A stretch of DNA of 64,000 bases from Nitrospirota bacterium (GTDB lineage Bacteria; Nitrospirota; UBA9217): contig CAVVOB010000013.1 in assembly GCA_963749655.1 (NCBI GenBank), positions 64,001-128,000 on the forward strand, read 5' to 3'. The position numbers and the translations under genes were made by a program. The notes beneath the pieces were generated by a model. That model made no database searches and was not told where the DNA came from. It worked only from the letters and a program-made list of their open reading frames with translations. Below are positions 1-8,756 of the stretch, piece by piece (positions within the stretch are counted from its first letter, which is position 1; every line of letters starts with the position of its first letter).

Positions 1-296
1 TGTCAGCGCAATATTCCAACCCTGTTCGAACCCGTCGGTAAAGATCGGCAGTACGCCCTATACGAGCCTTCAAGCAGCATATAATTCTATTGCTGCAGGA
101 AGCGGGGCGACAATCAAAAGCCAAGCAGTAACGCTCGTAGAAGATACTCACGCTGAGCTCTAATGTAACCGTAACGTTCGACGGTGGATATGATTGCAAT
201 TATTCAGGCACAAAGACCGGATCGACGAATTTGAAAGGTAAGGTAACAACAACTTCCGGATATACGACGATAAAAGATTTTGTGATAGAGCAGTAA
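1..296 (+). CDS. 3' end of a probable large secreted/surface protein (partial; +1 frameshift near 146)
   Basis: Manual translation: frame 2 gives ...PYTSLQAAYNSIAAGSGATIKSQAVTLVED, continuing in frame 3 as LTLSSNVTVTFDGGYDCNYSGTKTGSTNLKGKVTTTSGYTTIKDFVIEQ* (TAA 294-296). Resembles the C-terminal 'LQAAY...GGYDC' domain I recall from large Geobacter/Nitrospirota extracellular proteins. Confidence 0.6.
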
Positions 297-410
297 AGCG
301 ACAGCTAAACCGTTATCAGTGAAAGCTGAATTTCAGGGTTTTATGGACAGGATGCCTCCGCTTTACTATGCCGTAAGCTCCAAGACACCGTGATGACTTC
401 GGGAGGGTTA

Positions 411-3400
411 ATGAATATGAATAAACTGGGTAAGTTTGAATGCTTACTTGTATTCTGCGTGTTGACGACGTTGATATTCGCTCTCACGAGTCAAGCGGGA
501 ACCAGCAGCAAAGCGGGTCCAGGTCGTGCGGTACTGAAATCGCAGGGATCTGGTGGTGGCGGAGGGGATGAAATGGGCGGCAGCGGGACTGTGTCCCCGG
601 ACCTCTTCACCGGCACAATGAGCTACAGTATCCCCATCGAAGTTGCTCCTGGGCGCAAGGGTATGCAACCGAATCTAGCACTGACATACAGAAGCAGCAG
701 CGGCAATGGATGGCTCGGCGTCGGCTGGGATCTGGACATTGGTGCAATAGAGAGGAGCACTCGTGATGGCGTTGACTATCTTGCCGATGACTATGTTCTC
801 CGACTGGCGGGGTCATCCATAGAGCTTGTCAACATAGGCAGCAACATATATCAAGCAAAGATCGAAGGTTCTTTTTTGCGCATTAAGAAGAACGCCAATA
901 GCTGGGAAGTGACAGATAAAGTCGGAAGGAAATATTATTTCGGCCAGACCAACCGACAGTTTGACCCAGATGACTCAAGCAAAGTTTTCAGATGGTGCCT
1001 TGACCAATTCGTTGACACCAGTGGGAATTCCGTGGAGTTTCATTATTGGAGACACCAGAACCAGCTTTATATTGACTATATTGACTACACCCACAGCACT
1101 TCATCGGCTCCGGGAAAGACTTTGAATCTCGTAAAATTTTACTGGGAAGAACGTCTTGATGCGCCAGGAACGTATGCCACAAATTTTTATGTAGAAACAG
1201 CGTACCGGCTTAAAACTGTCGATGTGTGGGGTGGTGGGACGCGGCTGCGGACATATAAACTGGACTATGCTCCTCTGGGAAGCACGGTAACAGGAAGATC
1301 CCTCCTGTCCAGCGTTCAACAGTTTGGTGCGGATGCAAATGTTAATGCCGGAGAAATCACGAACGCATCATCGGCGAGTAAACTTCCCGCATACAGTTTT
1401 ATCCAAAATAACAGCAATATCTCCGGTTACGGCATTAATAGGCAAGGGCCGCCGCTGTCCTTGGGAGGAAGCGATTTTTATGCCAAATTTGATCTTGCCA
1501 GGCTACGGATCGGCGATTTTAATGGCGACGGATTGACTGATTTTGCATGGATAGACGGATGGAGTTCTGCTCCGCCGATGACTATATACTATACAAAGCC
1601 GGACGGTACCGGGTATGATCTGGTATCGGGGCCGTCAATGAGTGTAAATGGAAATTTCGAATGGGGCGGAGTAGATATCGCAAGGGTCATTGTCGGAGAC
1701 TTCAACGGAGACGGTAAGACAGATATTGCCAGAATTAACAGCCAGGGTACGACAGATTACATGAGCATCTATTACGCAAGATCTGATGGAAGAGGATTTG
1801 TAGAACCTGCAGTTTATGGCCCTCCAGTTTGGGTGATCAACGATTCTAGCGGCGCTGCCGTCGATGTGGCAAGAATAAAACTCGGCGATTTCAACGGCGA
1901 CGGCAAGACTGATATCGCCCGAATCCCGGGATGGGGTTCAGGCAACCCTTCGGAATTGATTGTTTATTATGCAAATACAAATGGCATTGGTTTTACTCAG
2001 TCGCCGGTTTCGGGTCCTTCACTGGGGGTCACTAACGACAATGAGGGCGCGTTGCTGGACATCTCCCGCGTTATCATTGCAGATTTCAATGGTGACGGGA
2101 AGGATGATGTCGCCTATATAAATGGTTACGATTCGACGGCACATGCGATGAGCATCTATTATGCTAACGCTAATACACCCGGATTCACTGCCGCGTTTCC
2201 AGGGCCTCCAGTGACTGTGTATAATACGCTTCCACCGCGAGCTTCATATGATATCTCAAGAGTAAAGATCGGTGATTTTAACGGCGACGGTAAAGTCGAT
2301 ATCGCAATTGTGAACGGTTGGGACACGACTGAAGCGATGACCATCTATCTGTCGAAAGGTTTTGGTTTTGCCGCCCCTATTGCAGGGCCTGCTTTTACCG
2401 TGAGTTCCTACTTCGGCGGTGCCTATGTGGATGGCATTACACGAGTGTTGATAGCTGACTTCAACGGCGACGGGATGAGCGATATCGCACACTTAGAGGG
2501 ACAAAGCAGCGACGCTCCGCTAGCGATCTATTATTCGACCGGGCACGGGTTCCTCAGTACACCCTTTTATGGACCGACATTGCCTACAGCATTTGGGGAT
2601 GGGCTTGACGCCATGAGGCTCAAGATCGGAAATTTTAACGGAGATCGTCTGGCCGATATAGTTCGTGTTAGCTCATTTGGCAATTCCCAACCGGTGGACA
2701 TGTATTTATCCTCCGGTGTGGAACCTGATCTTGTCAAGAATATCGTCACCCCCTTTGCAGGATCATTCGATATTGTATACAGGTCATCGGACTACTACGA
2801 CAATCTCTCTCTTCCCTTTATCTTGCAGACCGTCAGCGTTGTTAAGGCTTGTGATAATCCATCTTGCGATGGGACTTCATCGACAACCCGCTATTCATAT
2901 TCAGGTGGATTTTTTCATATCGGCTCAAGTGAGCTCCGGGGGTTCAATTCAGTTGAAATGACCGGGCCGGCCGGTCCACAGAATGAACAGCTGATAACCA
3001 AAACCTGGTTTCATCAAGGAAACGAGACGGCAGTTGTTGACGTGGATGACCCCCTTGGCATAGAAGGGTATATGAAAGGGAAGCCTTACCGCACAATAGT
3101 AACTAACGAACAGGGCACCAAACTTTCAGAAGTAACAACAGCCTACTCCGAAGATTCCTCGGAGCCCTATTTCAATCCGCCTTTTCAGGTCGATTCGTAC
3201 GTCTGTAACGGCGCTTGCGGCATTCATACCAGAATGACCTATAGCTATGACAGCTATGGCAATGCGACCCTGGAGAACTTCTATGATGTTGCAACGAATT
3301 CGACGCCTTATCGCTTCGTGCAAAGATCATTCACTAGTAATGATAGTGATTGGATCGTGGGCTTGCCCTTAACCGAAAATATTTTCAGCGGCGCAACAGG

Positions 3401-6400
3401 CACTAAAATCTCCGGTGTTGAATATTATTATGATGGCGGCACGAACTGCACTTCATATCCCCATTATACGGATCCGACAAAGGGCAATCTTACAAGCGTC
3501 GTCAAGTGGAATAACATGGGCGATAGTCCGGAAACACTTATGGCATATGACGAATATGGCAACGTTTCCTGTACCCGCGATGCAAATGAAAACACCCCGT
3601 CAACTGTGTCTTATGATGGTACGTTTACGTTCCCGAGAGTTGCGACAAATCCGCTTGGTCACCAGACGATCACGGAGTATTACGGCGTGGATGATGTCCC
3701 CGCTGACAATGGGCTATACGGTCAGGTGAAGAGCGTTATAGACCCGAACCTTCAAATTACGACAATGGTATATGATTCTCTTGGACGAAAATCCAGTGTA
3801 ACCACACCCGATGGGTCCTGGACGAGCTGGGAATACAACAACTTCGGAGATCCGGTTAATCAACACATCAAGCGAACCAGTAAGGACACCAACACACAGG
3901 ATAACAACGGGGGCCTAGTTTCCTTGACCTATTTCGACGGGCTGGGACGGACGTACCTTAAGAAGACGGATGGACCGAGTAATAAGATAATTGTGACGGA
4001 CACGGTATACAATGCCACGGGTACGGTTAATGAAACATCCCTGCCGCATTTTGAGAACGACTCTTCAGATGGGGCACGCTATATTACCTACAAGTATGAT
4101 GCGCAAGGCCGGGTTACGGAGGTTACAAATTCCGACCAGACTAAAATCAAGACATGTTATGACACCGGCGTGAGCGCGGGAATTGACGCAAACGGACATA
4201 AGAAAGTTGAACGGCGGGATTCCCTTGGGCGTCTTATACAAGTGGAGGAATACAGGGACACTTATGCCTCATGTTCGACAACCGACGGAACAATCTACGC
4301 AACCACGATATATCAATATAGTGAAATGGGAAACTTAACCACCGTTATCGATGCGTCCAACAATCACAGCATAATGACATATGACAGCTTGGGAAGAAAA
4401 AGATCAATGCAGGATCCTGATATGGGGTACTGGACCTATACTTACTATCCGAATGGTAATTTGTTGACTCAGACCGATCCAGACGGCGAGGCAAAGAAGA
4501 TCACGTTTTACTATGATGCGCTCAACAGGGTAACGCGTAAAGATTATGCCGATTCTTTAATGAGCGACGTGATCTATTCCTACGACGAGACGGAGAATTC
4601 CAAAGGAAGATTGACAACAATGGCAGATGGATCGGGGTTCACGAAGTATTATTACGATGCCATGGGCAGGACCAAAACGGTCACGCAAAATTTAAATAAT
4701 AACAATTACACAATTCAGTACGAGTACGATGACCTTGGCAGACTGAAAAAATTGACTTATCCGGATACGGATAATGATCCGAATAACGATATTGTTCAAT
4801 ATTCCTATGATACGGGCGGTAATCTTTACCAAGTATTCAGTCAAAGCACAAGCAGCGTTTACGCAGCCTATACTGACTACACCGCTCTCAGTCAGCCGAG
4901 GAATGTCGCATTCGCAAACGGCTTAGTAACGGATTACACATATACGTTGAGCAATAGTCGTCTCAATTCCATAGTAACCGGCAAGAGCGGCCAGCCGGCT
5001 CTACTTGACCTTACCTATGGTTATGACGATGTGGGTAATGTTACGACCATAACAGATAATGCGACGCGAGAGCATCAACCTGATCATAACTATGACGAGG
5101 TTGTGACATATTCTCATCTTACCGATGGTAATACACGTCCCCACGCCGTGTCGGCCTCAGAGGGGATTATTTATGGGTACGATTCCAGAGGAAACATGAC
5201 TTCTGACGGCATGAGGACAATCAACTACAACACAGACAACATGCCGACCTCAATGACGATAAATAACGTTTCGACAAATTTCACATACGACGGTGCCGGC
5301 GCCAGAGTAGCAAAAACCAAGTCTGGCTATACGCAGATATATATCGGCAAACTCTATACTTGCAACGCAGAAGAGTGCATGCAAAATATTTTTGCAGGCA
5401 GTACCAGGATTGCACAAAAGGTGGCGGGCACGGACAATATAATTTACTTTCATCCCGACCATCTCGGTAGTACCAGCATTGTAACTAATGCAACTGGTTC
5501 AGTTACCGAAAATATTCAGTACTTCCCCTTTGGAGAAACGCGGCAGGATTACGTCCCCTTGAATGGAGGCGACCCAACATCCTACAAATATACATCGCAG
5601 GAGTTTGATGCTGAGACCTCGCTTTACTATTACAACGCGCGGTATTATAATCCGGTGATGGGGAGGTTCATCAGCGCGGATACGATAGTACCTGATCCGC
5701 GAAATCCGCAGGCGTTTAATCGTTATAGCTATGTACAGAATAATCCGCTGAGGTATGTTGATCCTGAAGGGCATTTTTTAATGGCGCCAATTATCATAGG
5801 TCTCGCTATTGGTGCTGTAAGTGCTGGTGCCCAGAGTGATTGGAATGCCGATGCTATGGTCCGAGGGGCCGGTACAGGTGCGGTTTCCGGTCTAGTAGGC
5901 AGCTGGGGATACGGTTTAGTAGCGAATTCAATAGGGGGCATAGGGGGCGGAGCTTTAGGCGGCGCTATGTCTGGTTCGGTCAGCGCAGCTCTGAATGGCG
6001 GAAATTTGGGGCAAGCAGCGCTGTGGGGTGCTATAGGCGGTGCTGTCTTCTCAGGAATAGGAAAATCCGAGATGAATGGTTTTGGCAAAACGGTCACATC
6101 TGCAGCTGCAGGTGGCTTCCTAAGTGAGGCCTCCGGCGGCAGATTTGAAACGGGTTTCATCACTGCCGGAGCAGTCTCAGGCTTAGCTAATGCTGCGCTA
6201 TATATGCGTGAGCAGATGATAATATCATCATTACAAGATGATAGAAACTGGCATGGTGTAAGTGACGGTCTTTTTGGCGATCTATTTAAGCTGGCAGGCG
6301 GCCGCTGGGTTGAAGATCTTTTACCTCGACAGCAAGAATGTTCTAAGTTGGGTTGTCTCCAAGGTGGACCAGGTAAGTTGTTTGGAGTTCCATATGCACC

Positions 6401-6620
6401 AGGTTCTATGGAGGATCACCTCCTTGAGGTTTACGCAGGTCCTCATGATTACCTTAATTCTCGGTATTGGTATAATCCCAACACTGGAAATGCATATAAC
6501 TACACAGGGATCAAAGCCGCTGTAGGGGCTGTATTGAATTGGGGTAATGTTTTACTTGCAACACCATTCGCGGCTGCGTCTGTTACCCCGAGTTATATGT
6601 ATCCAATAATGTTTAAGTAA
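411..6620 (+). CDS. Rhs/YD-repeat polymorphic toxin: signal peptide, SpvB/TcB-like N-terminus, 7 FG-GAP/VCBS repeats, YD repeats, Rhs core, variable C-terminal tip
   Basis: GGAGG RBS at 402-406 with ATG at 411/417; hydrophobic signal ending TSQA; SpvB-like DLFTGTMSYSIPIEVAPGRKGMQPNLALTY; 7 x (G/A)(D/N)FNGD(G/R); many YD motifs; Rhs core DHLGS...YYYNARYYNP..GRFISAD...NNPLRYVDPEG. Confidence 0.93.
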   Translation: MNMNKLGKFECLLVFCVLTTLIFALTSQAGTSSKAGPGRAVLKSQGSGGGGGDEMGGSGTVSPDLFTGTMSYSIPIEVAPGRKGMQPNLALTYRSSSGNGWLGVGWDLDIGAIERSTRDGVDYLADDYVLRLAGSSIELVNIGSNIYQAKIEGSFLRIKKNANSWEVTDKVGRKYYFGQTNRQFDPDDSSKVFRWCLDQFVDTSGNSVEFHYWRHQNQLYIDYIDYTHSTSSAPGKTLNLVKFYWEERLDAPGTYATNFYVETAYRLKTVDVWGGGTRLRTYKLDYAPLGSTVTGRSLLSSVQQFGADANVNAGEITNASSASKLPAYSFIQNNSNISGYGINRQGPPLSLGGSDFYAKFDLARLRIGDFNGDGLTDFAWIDGWSSAPPMTIYYTKPDGTGYDLVSGPSMSVNGNFEWGGVDIARVIVGDFNGDGKTDIARINSQGTTDYMSIYYARSDGRGFVEPAVYGPPVWVINDSSGAAVDVARIKLGDFNGDGKTDIARIPGWGSGNPSELIVYYANTNGIGFTQSPVSGPSLGVTNDNEGALLDISRVIIADFNGDGKDDVAYINGYDSTAHAMSIYYANANTPGFTAAFPGPPVTVYNTLPPRASYDISRVKIGDFNGDGKVDIAIVNGWDTTEAMTIYLSKGFGFAAPIAGPAFTVSSYFGGAYVDGITRVLIADFNGDGMSDIAHLEGQSSDAPLAIYYSTGHGFLSTPFYGPTLPTAFGDGLDAMRLKIGNFNGDRLADIVRVSSFGNSQPVDMYLSSGVEPDLVKNIVTPFAGSFDIVYRSSDYYDNLSLPFILQTVSVVKACDNPSCDGTSSTTRYSYSGGFFHIGSSELRGFNSVEMTGPAGPQNEQLITKTWFHQGNETAVVDVDDPLGIEGYMKGKPYRTIVTNEQGTKLSEVTTAYSEDSSEPYFNPPFQVDSYVCNGACGIHTRMTYSYDSYGNATLENFYDVATNSTPYRFVQRSFTSNDSDWIVGLPLTENIFSGATGTKISGVEYYYDGGTNCTSYPHYTDPTKGNLTSVVKWNNMGDSPETLMAYDEYGNVSCTRDANENTPSTVSYDGTFTFPRVATNPLGHQTITEYYGVDDVPADNGLYGQVKSVIDPNLQITTMVYDSLGRKSSVTTPDGSWTSWEYNNFGDPVNQHIKRTSKDTNTQDNNGGLVSLTYFDGLGRTYLKKTDGPSNKIIVTDTVYNATGTVNETSLPHFENDSSDGARYITYKYDAQGRVTEVTNSDQTKIKTCYDTGVSAGIDANGHKKVERRDSLGRLIQVEEYRDTYASCSTTDGTIYATTIYQYSEMGNLTTVIDASNNHSIMTYDSLGRKRSMQDPDMGYWTYTYYPNGNLLTQTDPDGEAKKITFYYDALNRVTRKDYADSLMSDVIYSYDETENSKGRLTTMADGSGFTKYYYDAMGRTKTVTQNLNNNNYTIQYEYDDLGRLKKLTYPDTDNDPNNDIVQYSYDTGGNLYQVFSQSTSSVYAAYTDYTALSQPRNVAFANGLVTDYTYTLSNSRLNSIVTGKSGQPALLDLTYGYDDVGNVTTITDNATREHQPDHNYDEVVTYSHLTDGNTRPHAVSASEGIIYGYDSRGNMTSDGMRTINYNTDNMPTSMTINNVSTNFTYDGAGARVAKTKSGYTQIYIGKLYTCNAEECMQNIFAGSTRIAQKVAGTDNIIYFHPDHLGSTSIVTNATGSVTENIQYFPFGETRQDYVPLNGGDPTSYKYTSQEFDAETSLYYYNARYYNPVMGRFISADTIVPDPRNPQAFNRYSYVQNNPLRYVDPEGHFLMAPIIIGLAIGAVSAGAQSDWNADAMVRGAGTGAVSGLVGSWGYGLVANSIGGIGGGALGGAMSGSVSAALNGGNLGQAALWGAIGGAVFSGIGKSEMNGFGKTVTSAAAGGFLSEASGGRFETGFITAGAVSGLANAALYMREQMIISSLQDDRNWHGVSDGLFGDLFKLAGGRWVEDLLPRQQECSKLGCLQGGPGKLFGVPYAPGSMEDHLLEVYAGPHDYLNSRYWYNPNTGNAYNYTGIKAAVGAVLNWGNVLLATPFAAASVTPSYMYPIMFK

Positions 6621-6656
6621 TCTTATGCCTTTAACGGCTAAAGAGGATATCTTGCT

Positions 6657-7271
6657 ATGATGAAAATTCTTGTAGCTTTTTTCTTATTATTAACATCTAC
6701 ATCTAGAACTTACGCAATTGAGGGGAGTGTACGTCCGCCGGAGATTTGGCGATTAGCACAAGCTCCGACAGGCACTGATTGTATCAACGTAGCGGGAACG
6801 TATTCCTTTTCGGGGGAAGGCGCACCAGGAATGGCTTTGAATTTTCGAGGGTTCCCCTATGCATTAGATGATATGCTCAATGTTTTGGTGCCCAGTCGGG
6901 AGAGAAATAATATATCGCATGTGGCTGTAGAGCAACGAGAAAAGTCAGAATTTTACGCTACTTTTTTTTCAACTTCGGGGTTGTCATATCAGGGAAAAAT
7001 TGAGCCATATGCTGTTCCGACATGCAAGGCGGACAGGGTAATTTTCGAGACAAAGAATATCGAAACAAAAGGAGAAGCTACCTCAGGTCACGCCAACATT
7101 ACAGCAATACTTTTTCGCGGAGACGATAATTCCTTAATAATCTATTTGTCGATTGAAAAAGTTAAGGGCTTGTTCTCATTTGGTAAAACGCATACTGAAG
7201 AATACTGGGCAAAGTTTAAGTCGATAAAGCCAAACGTCACTCAAGAGGAACCGAATGGGGTCAGACATTAG
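6657..7271 (+). CDS. Putative cognate immunity protein (exported)
   Basis: Immediately downstream of the Rhs tip; AT-rich; N-terminal signal peptide MMKILVAFFLLLTSTSRTYA; last codons and stop lie in the transposon left end. Confidence 0.6.
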   Translation: MMKILVAFFLLLTSTSRTYAIEGSVRPPEIWRLAQAPTGTDCINVAGTYSFSGEGAPGMALNFRGFPYALDDMLNVLVPSRERNNISHVAVEQREKSEFYATFFSTSGLSYQGKIEPYAVPTCKADRVIFETKNIETKGEATSGHANITAILFRGDDNSLIIYLSIEKVKGLFSFGKTHTEEYWAKFKSIKPNVTQEEPNGVRH

Positions 7272-8264
7272 AAATTAAGTTATTGATATCCTCTGTCCCT
7301 TTTGATAATCTCCCGTCATGGCGCGAAAACCCCGCATCGAATACGAGGGAGCATTCTATCACGTTATAACCCGTGGAAATCAGCGCCAGAAGATTTCTAA
7401 AGATACCGCTGATTATCAAAAATACCTCCAGTTCCTTACGATCTGCAAGAACCGTTACGGGTTCTATCTCCACGCCTACGTTCTCATGGGGAACCATGTC
7501 CATCTTCTGATTGAGACCCGGGCAAAGCCGCTGTCCAAGATACTCCAGAGCCTCAATCAACGCTATACCCTTTATTATAACCACAAGTACCGTACGGTCG
7601 GTCATCTGTTCCAGGGACGCTACAAGGCAATCCTGTGCGAAAAGGACGCTTATTTGCTGGCGTTGCTGCGCTATATCCAGAGGAATCCGCTCCGCGCTAA
7701 AATCGCCGACCGACTGGACCGCTATCCCTGGAGCAGTCATCATGCCTATACGGGCAAATCAAATCCCTTAAGCCTTGTCGATACAGACCAGGTGCTGCGG
7801 ATGTTCTCGGAGAAAAGACAGCGCACGAAACGTTTGTATCGGGAATTCATGCGGGAATCCCAGGATCTGACATCAGGAGAAGTCTATGCCGTCAAGGAGC
7901 AGAGAGTCCAGGGAAGCGATGCTTTCGTCGATCGGGTGCTTGCGGATCGGGAAGAGGAGGGATCTCCAAAAAAGAGGTCGCTCCCCCTCGATGCCATTGC
8001 CGAGGCTGCAGCACGCAGCGAAGGTGTCGAGAAAGAAGCGTTGCGGTCGAGGACGCGCGTCCGAAAAGTGACGAAAGCACGAAAGGTGTTCAGTCTTGTG
8101 GCACGAAACATGGGCCATGCCGTGAAGAACATAGCGGCATATCTTTCCGTGGATGGAGCAGCGATAAGTGGTTACGAACTGGACCGCGCAAAATTAGCAG
8201 GACAAGTCGTGAAAATAACAAAGCAGCTGGAGAAAACTTAGTTTCTGATGTCTGACCCCATTCG
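7252..8264 (+). mobile_element. TIR-bounded element carrying a HUH Y1 (RAYT-like) transposase
   Basis: Left 7252-7281 cgaatggggtcagacattagaaattaagtt versus reverse complement of right 8235-8264 cgaatggggtcagacatcagaaactaagtt: 28/30 identical; encloses a single transposase ORF; no obvious target-site duplication. Confidence 0.85.
7318..8241 (+). CDS. REP-associated-type tyrosine transposase (Y1_Tnp, HUH) with C-terminal HTH (DnaA_C-like) region
   Basis: MARKPRI..GAFYHVITRGN, HUH motif NHVHLL, GHLFQGRYKA, catalytic Y in YIQRNP, YPWSS; stop codon lies inside the right TIR. Confidence 0.92.
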   Translation: MARKPRIEYEGAFYHVITRGNQRQKISKDTADYQKYLQFLTICKNRYGFYLHAYVLMGNHVHLLIETRAKPLSKILQSLNQRYTLYYNHKYRTVGHLFQGRYKAILCEKDAYLLALLRYIQRNPLRAKIADRLDRYPWSSHHAYTGKSNPLSLVDTDQVLRMFSEKRQRTKRLYREFMRESQDLTSGEVYAVKEQRVQGSDAFVDRVLADREEEGSPKKRSLPLDAIAEAAARSEGVEKEALRSRTRVRKVTKARKVFSLVARNMGHAVKNIAAYLSVDGAAISGYELDRAKLAGQVVKITKQLEKT

Positions 8265-8280
8265 TCTCCCTTCGTCTCCC

Positions 8281-8400
8281 TTCTGGAGCGGTGATCCGCG
8301 AGATGTGGATATCCTTCATGACTTGCTTCAACAGATAATAGACTTTTTGGATTTAGCATCAGACGCAGAAGATCTTGAATCTAGGAGGTGTGAATTATGA
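8281..8400 (+). pseudogene. Startless 3' gene fragment, likely an orphan Rhs toxin tip
   Basis: Open frame FWSGDPRDVDILHDLLQQIIDFLDLASDAEDLESRRCEL* begins next to the right TIR; its TGA overlaps the ATG of the next gene (ATGA). Confidence 0.5.
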
Positions 8401-8612
8401 CCATGTCAATCATATTTTTAATTTTTTTTGCTTTTATCGGGGTTGCATTCATATTTTTAGCGAAGAACAAAAGATTTAATGAAAGCATCGCTAAAACTCA
8501 TGGTGAGGCACATGCTAGGTGGACAAAAAAGACTTTGATCGTAACAGGATATGGTATTTTAATAGTGGCTGGTCTAAAATTTATATTGCTTTTCGGTTTA
8601 AGGGGCTTTTAA
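8397..8612 (+). CDS. Small two-TM membrane protein, putative orphan immunity protein
   Basis: 71 aa, two hydrophobic helices, AGGAGG RBS upstream, AT-rich, coupled to the upstream fragment. Confidence 0.6.
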   Translation: MTMSIIFLIFFAFIGVAFIFLAKNKRFNESIAKTHGEAHARWTKKTLIVTGYGILIVAGLKFILLFGLRGF

Positions 8613-8627
8613 GCCATAAAGGCTGAC

Positions 8628-8688
8628 GGTCAAAAAGGGTCGAAGGGATCGAATGGGTGACGGTGCCTTTTAATGGGTGACCCCAAAC
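8628..8688. repeat. Degenerate copy of the transposon end motif (mini-element or footprint)
   Basis: cgaagggatcgaatgggtgac...aatgggtgaccccaaa resembles both the left end (cgaatggggtcagac) and the right end (tgaccccattcg) of 7252-8264; 10-bp direct repeat aatgggtgac at 8652 and 8672. Confidence 0.5.
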
Positions 8689-8696
8689 TAGGGATT

Positions 8697-8729
8697 AAAA
8701 AAGGAGGAACTCGTTTCGAGTTCCTCCTT
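8697..8729 (-). terminator. Rho-independent terminator for the minus-strand 9672-8757 genes
   Basis: Perfect 13-bp stem aaggaggaactcg/cgagttcctcctt followed by a U-run on the minus strand. Confidence 0.8.
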
Positions 8730-8756
8730 GCATTTACAAATCTACTTCAGATCCAT

